Below, in pieces: positions 1-7,700 of a DNA stretch of 64,000 bases. Origin of the DNA: Acidimicrobiales bacterium (lineage in GTDB: Bacteria; Actinomycetota; Acidimicrobiia; Acidimicrobiales; Poriferisodalaceae). The stretch's first letter is position 1. The number at the start of each line of letters is the position of its first letter. Where the stretch lies: NCBI GenBank assembly GCA_965115995.1, contig OZ220472.1, positions 3,384,419 through 3,448,418 on the forward strand. The letters are read 5' to 3'. Both the position numbers and the translations under genes were made by a program. Below the pieces are notes generated by a model. That model was not told the DNA's origin. It was given only the letters and a program-made list of their open reading frames with translations, and did no database searches.

Positions 1-292
1 GAATGCCGTTGGTCTCCGAGAACTGCCGGTCCATCCGGGCGAAGCCTTGGTTCATGTCGCTGCTGAGCGTGTTGAAGCCCACCGCTGCGAACACGAACAC
101 GCCGCCGATCAACGCCACGATCACCGCGACCAGCGCGGGCACCAGCAGCGAACGCCTTTCCGCTCCTGCCTCGGCTAGCGGCGCTTTGGACACGCCGGGG
201 ACGCCCTGCTCAGACGGCGAGGCTCCCGGCCGGTTCGGACCGGTCTCGGTCTCGGTTTCGGCGCTGCCGGTCACAGATGCGATGGTACTCAT
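1..292 (-). CDS. Membrane protein, 5' portion only (ATG = complement of 290-292; gene runs off the left edge)
   Basis: Hand reverse-complement translation: MSTIASVTGSAETETETGPNRPGASPSEQGVPGVSKAPLAEAGAERRSLLVPALVAVIVALIGGVFVFAAVGFNTLSSDMNQGFARMDRQFSETNGI... It has one clear TM helix (LLVPALVAVIVALIGGVFVFAAVGF). GGGAG (complement of 298-302) lies 5 nt upstream of the ATG. It is not in the track because it has no stop inside the window. The listed + ORF 3..347 is its antisense (ANTNTPPINATITATSAG is the antisense reading of the TM helix). Confidence 0.6.
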   Translation of the reverse strand, partial: MSTIASVTGSAETETETGPNRPGASPSEQGVPGVSKAPLAEAGAERRSLLVPALVAVIVALIGGVFVFAAVGFNTLSSDMNQGFARMDRQFSETNGI

Positions 293-508
293 GGCCACTC
301 CCAAGCCCGGCACGCGCGCCCCAGCGGCCCGCGCCCAGACACCGTAGGGGCAGCGTCGAGCGGCGCCCAAACCATTTTCGGCGCCGGCTGGACCTTCCCT
401 CGACGGCGCGGTTCCGGCACCGCAGGGATCGTGCGGCGGCTGAGGCATCAACTGCCTCGGCCTCCACAGCGCGAGACATTACAGATATCGAAAAACACTG
501 AAATTGAT

Positions 509-537
509 TTGAATGTCAATGTCTGCCCGTTTACGGT
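509..537 (+). promoter_or_regulatory. Candidate sigma-70-type promoter for the 578..1129 gene
   Basis: TTGAAT (509-514), 17 nt spacer, TACGGT (532-537). It sits in the only AT-rich island of the 293-577 divergent intergenic region (acagatatcgaaaaacactgaaattgatttgaatgtcaatg), about 40 nt upstream of GTG 578. Motif match only. Confidence 0.3.
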
Positions 538-577
538 CAACGTTCGAGTTCGTACGCTGCGTCGTCGGGAGGCCAAC

Positions 578-1129
578 GTGTCCGAAGCTGTTCGAGTCCG
601 TGCTTACGATTGGATGCGTGAACAGGCCGATGCCCCGGTCGCGGAGTACGTCATGTCGCGGCTGAGTCCCGTGCCGGCGGCCGATCTCGCTACCAAGGCC
701 GATTTGGCGCGTGTCGAAGCCAAGCTCGACGCCTTCATCGTGCATGTGGACAAGAGGTTCGACCTGCTTGTCGGGCTGCGCGAGGCCGATCTCAGAGAAC
801 GTGCGGCCGAACGAGAAGCCGATCTCGCAAAACGTGCGGCCGAGCGCGAAGCCGACCGCAGAGAGCGTGCGGCTGACCGCGAGGCCGATCTTGCAGAGCG
901 TGCGGCTGACCGCGAGGCCGATCTTGCAGGACGTGCGGCTGAACGAGAAGCCGATCTCGCAAAACGTGCGGCCGAGCGCGAAGCCGACCGCAGAGAGCGT
1001 GCGGCTGAGCGCGAAGCCGACCGCAAGGAGTCCGGGCGCCGAGCCTGGAATATCGCCCTCGCGTTGCCCGTGGAGGTCGTCGTGCTGTTCGCGGGCGCCG
1101 CAGCGATCTTGGAGTGGCTCCGCGGTTGA
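578..1129 (+). CDS. Small tail-anchored coiled-coil protein built from 11-residue repeats (tentatively DUF1640-like N-terminal LATKADLARVEAKL motif)
   Basis: Track ORF 431..1129. I place the start at GTG 578 because GGGAGG (567-572) sits 5 nt upstream and 431-577 covers the AT-rich promoter-like stretch. 183 aa: VSEAVRVRAYDWMREQ..DLATKADLARVEAKLDAFIVHVDKRFDLLVGL-(READLxxRAAE x ~7.5)-SGRRAWNIALALPVEVVVLFAGAAAILEWLRG, ending in a C-terminal TM helix. Alternative starts are GTG 431 and ATG 614. Confidence 0.7.
   Translation: MSEAVRVRAYDWMREQADAPVAEYVMSRLSPVPAADLATKADLARVEAKLDAFIVHVDKRFDLLVGLREADLRERAAEREADLAKRAAEREADRRERAADREADLAERAADREADLAGRAAEREADLAKRAAEREADRRERAAEREADRKESGRRAWNIALALPVEVVVLFAGAAAILEWLRG
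779..1030 (+). repeat. In-frame 33-bp tandem repeat (~7.6 units) with a 132-bp (4-unit) higher-order repeat
   Basis: Units encode READLRERAAE / READLAKRAAE / READRRERAAD / READLAERAAD / READLAGRAAE / READLAKRAAE / READRRERAAE / READRKE. The 68-nt string gaacgagaagccgatctcgcaaaacgtgcggccgagcgcgaagccgaccgcagagagcgtgcggctga occurs identically at 809-876 and 941-1008 (offset 132 = 4 x 33). Confidence 0.9.
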
Positions 1130-1270
1130 GCTAACTGGCCGGTTCTGAGCAGTCCCGGTCGATGGTGTGGAAGCGGATCCAGCGGTCGGCTGCCCCTGGA
1201 GCGCTGGTTGAAGGTGGGCATCAGTACAGAGCGCCCACATGAACGTCCGTTGAGTCGCAAAATGAGTGTC

Positions 1271-1297
1271 TTGACACCTGTGCGCGGTCAGTAACCT
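1271..1297 (+). promoter_or_regulatory. Weak candidate promoter for the giant gene (perfect -35 hexamer only)
   Basis: TTGACA at 1271-1276. The nearest -10-like hexamers are TAACCT (1292-1297, 15-nt spacer) and TACGCT (1297-1302, 20-nt spacer), so neither has optimal spacing. Listed only as a place to look for a TSS. Confidence 0.2.
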
Positions 1298-1355
1298 ACG
1301 CTCTATATGCCAGCCCGCGAAAGCCGCCCGAGCCCCGGCCATGACCGCCTGAATC

Positions 1356-1369
1356 GGGGGGGGGGGGGG
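1356..1369 (+). repeat. G14 homopolymer tract in the 5' leader/promoter region of the giant gene
   Basis: gaatc-GGGGGGGGGGGGGG-ttcacagcc, counted directly (5 G at 1356-1360 plus 9 G at 1361-1369). It lies 215 nt upstream of ATG 1584. Confidence 0.95.
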
Positions 1370-1583
1370 TTCACAGCCTGCTCGTCTGGGTGCCTTCGGC
1401 GCCTGCGGCGTCGAGTGGCGAATGCGACGGCGGTTTGGCTGGTCGGTCGTGGTTGCGCCCCGGCGCTGGCCGGCTCTGCTGGGAATGGCTGAATCCCGCC
1501 CGCAGGGCTCGCGAGGCTGTCTGCTACCCGCGCGTCCGGGGGCCGTTCAGCCCCGCATGCGTCGCGGTTAGCGGTACTGCCGA

Positions 1584-1727
1584 ATGATGGTCGTGACCTC
1601 TGACGCAACACGAACGGGACGCCTGAGGCGGTTCGGCTCGGCGTCGCTGGCGGTGCTGCTGGTGGCGTCGGTGCTGACGGTGGTGCCGCTTGGGCCACTG
1701 GGCGGTCAGCTGCCGGAGGCGGGGGCG
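1584..1727 (+). other. Sec-type signal peptide of the giant protein (predicted cleavage after AGA, residue 48)
   Basis: MMVVTSDATRTGRLRRFGSASLAVLLVASVLTVVPLGPLGGQLPEAGA|QTAAG. It has a basic n-region (RTGRLRR), a hydrophobic h-region and a small-residue A-x-A-like site. The cleavage position is a guess. Confidence 0.55.
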
Positions 1728-4700
1728 CAGACGGCGGCGGGGGTGACCCTCTCCACTAACGCGATCAGTGTCGGCGAGTTCGGCGGCCATCGCGACGGCA
1801 GCGGTGAGACCTCATACACCATCGTGCTGGACACGAGGCCGACTCATGACGTGGTGATCGGCATCCAGTCCAGCGACACCAACGCCGTGTGGGTAAAGAC
1901 GGGGCCGGGAACAGGAGCGCAAACCGACAACGCGATCACCTTCACCCCGACGAACTGGAACGTTGCCCAGGAGGTCACCGCCCGCGGTCGCAACGACGGC
2001 ATCGACAACACGGACGACAAGCGCACGGCGACGTTCACCCACACCGCGAAGTCCGATGACGCCAGCTACGACGGCTTGGACATCGAGGATGTGACTGTGA
2101 CCGTCATCGACGACGACGACGTCAGGGTGGGCGTCACGCATGTCGACAGCACGAACGATCTGGACGAAGGCAGGTCCTTCGGTTACACGATCAGGCTCTG
2201 GTCGCAGCCGACGCACGATGTCGTTATCACCGCGAAATCCGCGGATTCCGACCGGGTGAAGGTCGGCCCCGCCGGCCAATCGCCGGCGCCTAGCGGCTCG
2301 TACACGGTCACGTTCACGCCATCGAACTGGGCTGCGACACAGATCGTCAGGGTCCGCGGAGTGGCCGACAAGGTTCACAACCTGGCCTTCCGGGAAAACA
2401 TCAACGTCACCCACACCGCCGCGTCCACCGACACCGACTACAACGGGATCGACATACCGACGGTGGTTGTCAGGTTGGAGGACAAGGACGGTGCCTCCGG
2501 GGTGACGGTCACCGAGTCGGGAACCCCGGCGGCCACGGAGGTGAACGAGAGCGGGAGCGGCACTACTGACACCTACACGGTGGTGCTGAAGTCCAAGCCG
2601 TTGAGCGACATCAAGATCTCGGCAACGTCGTCCGCCCCGGGCGCCGCCAAGCTCAAACTGGGCAGCGCAGCGGCCGCCGCCAACGTCACCCTCACGTTCA
2701 AGACGTCGGACTGGAACCAAGCGCAGACCGTCACCGTCGAGGGCGTCGACGACGCCGTCGACAACGCGGACGACATGCGCTCGGTGACGATCACCCACGC
2801 AGTGACCGCAGGCGACGGCGGCAGATACACGTCGGCTCGGCAAATCGACTCGGTGTCAGTGACAGTGAACGACGACAGCGACAAAATCGGAGTGTTGCTG
2901 AATCCTTCCAACCCCAATCTGGGAACAATAACTGAGGGCGCCGTCGGCACTCGGACCATCAGTCTGGCATCGAAACCGCTGGCGCCCGTGACGATCCGTG
3001 TCATGTCGGACAAGCCGGACGTGGCGACTGTGGACCTTCGAGGCGACAACACGCCGGGTGCCCATGAGGTTCTCACCTTCAAACCCGCCACCTGGAACAA
3101 TGGGCAGCTGATCGCTGTTGCCGGCGTCGACGACAACGTCGACAACTACGGGGATCGTTCGGCGACGGTCAGCTTGGCGGTGGTCTCCGGTGACGGCGGC
3201 AAGTACACCACCGACCTGAAGCTCCCGTCCTTACGCGTGACAGTCGGAGACGACGACGAGATCCACCGGTCGGTATTGACCGTTGCGGGGCCGCCGATCC
3301 AGGTGACTTCGCTGGTGGAGCAGAAGAGCAATGGCTCGCGCACCGGGAAATACGAGTTCGCCGCACCGGTGCGGATCACGCTGCCGCGCGAACTGCAATT
3401 CCGCGGTGCCGAACTGTGCGCCTTCGGCACCCCGAATAACAATGACGCCGAGGCGACCAAGCTCGCTCTGGCCGGCGGAACGTGCACTGATGAGTACGAC
3501 TCGGGTGGTGGGCTCGAGACGGTGGGGGCCATCGGCCCGGCGGTGAAGGTGGGCTGGCCCGACACCGGGGTCGAGGTTCTGGGGCTGAAGCGCATCGGCA
3601 CCGGCAGAACGTCGCGCATTATCGGCAGTCAACATGCGGAGGTGCGGCTGCGCTTCACCGGCGCCGCCCTCAAGCAGATCTTCGAACGCGATGTCTGGGC
3701 GGTGGTCCTCGATGTCGGCGGCGTGCTCGTGGAGAACTTCACCCGAACCACTCCAGGTTTCTGCGCGAAGAATCGGAACATCGAAGACGGAAACGACGAG
3801 GCGGGAATAGCCGATTGTCCGTCGCCCTCACGCGGGGTCATCAGCTTCGCCGCCGCCCCGCCGCGGGCCACCTGGGCACTCGACACCACGACGCCTACGG
3901 TTGCCGAAGGCGATGAGGTCACCTTGCGGGTGACGGTGCCCGCCAACAACCTTCCTCGCGACTGGGACCTCGACGTGCCGCTGAAGTTCAGCGGCACGAA
4001 CATCACTGCGGAGGACTATCCGGCTTCGGTGCCGTGCAAGGTTGAGGCACAGCCGACACCACCCGATCCGCCCAAGGCGCTCACCTACGACTGCAAGTTC
4101 ACCGTTCCCACCGACACCAGCAGCGAAGACACCGAGACCCTGGTGATCGAAGTCGACGCCGCCGAGATGGTGCCGCTGGCGAGATTCGTGCCCACCGCTT
4201 CACGGGTGGAGATCGCCATCGAGGACGCCACCCCTGCGTCGGTGACGCTGAGCGTGCCCGACACATATGCCACCGAGAACAGTTTCGTGGATCCGTCGCC
4301 GGCGGTGATCCGGCTCGACGTTTCGGGACCGCTGAGCACTGCGCAGCAGCTCACCGTGCCGCTCGTCATCAACCAGACGCCTTCGAGCGATCCGGCTCTG
4401 GTGGCCGGCACCGACTACCGGCTCGAGTTGGCGCCGACGGCGGGGGTGTCGCTGTCGGGCGCCACGGTGACGTTCGACGGCAGCGGCGGCGACGCACCGC
4501 AGACCGCCGAGATCCGGCTCTACGCACTCGACGACAACGACTACGCCACCGAGAAGCTCACGGTCACCATCCCCGCAGGCGAGTCCGACAACGACCCGAA
4601 CGCCCCGGTGCTCGCCAGCACCGGCTTCCTGCTCAAAGGCGCCAAGGAGGACGTGAAGGGCACCGGCAGCGGCACCATCACCTTCATAGAGGACGACCCG

Positions 4701-7700
4701 AAGTCGGCCGCTCAGGGCGCGCGTTGGGTAACCAGTACAGCGGGAATGAACCGAGGCTGGAAGAACGATTTCACTGAACTGGCCCGCGGGGGGCTCACCG
4801 AGCCGGGCCGTCAACGCTACGGCAAGTCGGGCTTCACCCGCGTCGGCCAGACCGACGTCTTTGAAGCGAGCCTAGGACTTCAGTTCAGATTGGGATATCC
4901 CTCCAGCGGTGCCGATTGGGCACTCTACAGTGGCACGGGCCTTCGACTTGCCGGTACCGGCGACTCCCGCGGCGGGTTCGTCAGCCAGTCCGGCAAGGTC
5001 CTTGCCAGCGACGTGGCGCTCAACGGCGGGGAGGTGACACGCGGCGGCAACACGGTGACCGTTGGCCCGTCCGTCGAACTGCACGACGCCCCCGCCGGCC
5101 TCAGCATCCACAGCATCGAGCGCAGGGCGGTTGATTGGGCGATCGTGACGTTCCGGATGACCGAAGCTGCCATGGACGACTTCCGCGCGCGGCAGGACTT
5201 CTCGGTGAAGGTCGGCGGGATGCTCGTCGTGAGGGAGGACGCATCCCGCCGGGGTGAGCACCCGCACGACGCCAATCTGGCTGCCAAGACCGTGTGCGAA
5301 GAGAATTACGATGTGTCCGAGGTCGGCAAGTGCCGCCCGGCTTACTTCAACTTCAAGCTGTTGCCCGGCGCCAACATCGGCATCGTCGAGTCGGACGATG
5401 CCACGGTGCTCGGCGACACCACCGGCGAGACCGACACCTACACCATCACCCTGGATCAGGCGCCTTCGGCCCAGGTGACGATCACGCCGTCGAGCAGCGA
5501 CAACAGTGTCGTCACCGTCTCGGGACCCCTGGTGTTCAGCCCCTCAGACAGCGGAGCAGCGCTCACCAAGACCGTCACCGTCACCGCGGCCTCCGGCGCC
5601 GACGACAGCACCGACAACCCGGGCGGCTCGCAGCAGGCCGATGTCACCATCAGCCACGCCGTCACCACCACCGCCACTCACTACAGCGGCCTCTCCGTCG
5701 AGGACGTGACCGTCGACATCGTCGACGACGAGCCGACCGTGGTGTCGTTGAAACCGAACTCTCCGAGCGTCGATGTCCCGATGCTGCTGGCAGAGGGCAC
5801 ATCTTCGGGCGGTCCGCGAAGAGTGGCTGCGGAAGTGGATTTGGGCCGTCTGCCGCATCCAGGCGAATCGGTGGATGTCGCGTTCGCTTTGAGCGCGCAG
5901 GGCACCGACGATGACGTGTTCTTCACCGGCTCGGACCGCCGGGTTCAATTGATCTACACCCAACGTCAGAATCGTTGCTGTGTGACGCCCGGCGGGTTCG
6001 AGGGCGGCAGCTCCGCTCCGACCTTGCGCATCGAGGCGAATAACTCCGACCCTCCTCCCAATCAAAAGCAGCTTGTCGTTGTCGCCGTCGTCACGGCGAC
6101 CGACGACGGCGACACCGTTGACGATCATTTCGAGGTGGCGCTGGCGGGCGGCGCCGGGGCGGTGTTCGAGTCGAACTTCGAGGGCGGCGTGGTGGTCCAT
6201 GCCAGCGACCACACGGTGCCGATGACGCTGCTCGACGACGACGCCCCGCAGGGCATCGTGGTGGACACCAAGGCGCTCGAGGTGACAGAGGGCGAGAACT
6301 CCATCGTCAACGTGCGTCTGGCCAACGCGCCTTCCGGCAACGTGAAGGTGGGAATCAACCTGAACGCCGCCTCCGGCAAGGTCACGCTCCCCGCAGACGC
6401 GGTGACGTTCACCGTCGCCGGGGGCGCAGCCCCGTGGTACCAGGCGCAGCCCGTGACCGTCACCGGGGTGGACGACGCCGACTTCTTCGACCACAAGGAC
6501 ATCGACCTGGAGTTCGTGATCAGCGGCGACTCGTCGTCCAAGGTCACCGTGCCCGTCACCGTCGTCGACGACGAGACGCCGACCGGCACCCTGACGCTCA
6601 GCGACGACACCATCTTGATCTCTGACTTCAAGAAGGTGGGCAACAACACCACCGGCTACTGGAGGCTGCTTGTCGACGTGACGCTCGGCGGAGACTACGT
6701 GTTCGCCCGCCAACTGAAGAGCTTCGGAGGTGGCACGGTGTATGGGTTCTTTGATTCGCGGGACTCGGAGATTCGGTTTACGACAGGGGCCGCGTTGGGG
6801 ATTCAGGGCAACTACAACCCTTCGATCGATCTGGTGGGCGCGCCCGACGGGCTGAGGGTTGGCAGCACGACTAGCCAGCAGCCGAACACGTTGGGCATGA
6901 CCGTGCCAGGCCGCGCCGTGACGGGCGGAAACCCCGGCCGGGTAGCGCTCGTGCTCACACCCGCGGCTCGCACGGCGATCACCGAGACAACTGAGGTGAC
7001 GCTGCGGATAGGGAGCTTCCTCATCGAGGGCGTCAAGGACCGCTACGGCAACGCGCCCCCGACCGTGGGTGCCCAAAACGGTCAGGTGCCCAGCCGCGGC
7101 TTGTGCGGGCAGAGCAGGAGCCTGACCGACACCACGGTGTGCCCGCCCGCGGAGGTCACCTTCACGCTGGTGCCGCTCGCCACCGACCCGGTGGACGCCG
7201 AGTGGCTGGCGCTTCCCGACGATCTGACCATCGAAGAGAACGCCGACGGCTCGACCACGGCCGTCAAGGTCGGCACGCCGCTGCGGGCCGTGGACCGCAA
7301 CGGCGACACCGTGACCTACTCGCTGAAGTCGCCGCCCGCCGGCTTCGCCATCGGCAGCAACAACGGCCAGATCAGCTACACCGGCACCGGGCTCGACCGC
7401 GAAGCCCTCACCGACTCGCAGATCACCATCACCGTCGTGGCCACCTCCACCGGCGCCGACGCCAGCGCCACCGGCGTCGAGCAGCAGGCAACGATCACGG
7501 TGACCGACGTGGACGAGGGCGACGCCACGGTGACGCTGCGCGACGACGCCATCGGGCGGGTCGGCTCGATGCTGCACGTCACCGACGTCAGCGGCGACCC
7601 CGACGGCGACCCGGCCGCAGGCGCAATCACCTACCAGTGGCAGACCAGCCGCGACGGCACCAACTGGGCAGCGGCCACCGGCGCCGGAGCGGCCACCGCG

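Noticed and set aside
3-347. 114-aa plus-strand ORF at the left edge
   Set aside because: It is antisense to the better-supported minus-strand gene <1..292, which has an SD, an ATG and a clean TM helix. It shares third codon positions with that gene, so GC3 cannot discriminate between them. Its product (..KPTAANTNTPPINATITATSAGTSS..) looks like the antisense of a TM segment.
442-458. Short inverted repeat gaggca-tcaac-tgcctc as a terminator or operator
   Set aside because: It has only a 6-bp stem, no T-run, and is located between two divergent starts. It is too weak to call and is mentioned only under the intergenic finding.
431-577. N-terminal extension of the small coiled-coil gene as drawn in the track (start at GTG 431)
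   Set aside because: The extension translates the AT-rich promoter-like island (..LQISKNTEIDLNVNVCPFTVNVRVRT..) and has no SD. GTG 578 has GGGAGG 5 nt upstream. The longer form cannot be strictly excluded.
1390-1587. 65-aa upstream ORF whose stop overlaps the giant gene start (ATGA), suggesting translational coupling
   Set aside because: It starts at a GTG with no SD. The product is rich in Trp, Cys, Arg and Gly (4 W and 5 C in 65 aa) and has mixed third-position usage, so it looks like chance in high-GC DNA. It is kept only as a remark under the leader finding.
1303-1698. 131-aa minus-strand ORF spanning the leader and the start of the giant gene
   Set aside because: It is Pro/Ala/Arg low-complexity (..APPSAPTPPAAPPATPSRTAS..RRRRRRRH..). 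It runs through the G14 tract (read as poly-Pro) and overlaps the signal-peptide coding region in antisense.
1584-1727. Twin-arginine (Tat) signal because of RLRRFG
   Set aside because: The motif does not fit S/T-R-R-x-F-L-K well, since F directly follows RR and there is no LK. Export of a folded protein of over 20,000 aa by Tat is implausible. A Sec-type signal is the simpler reading.
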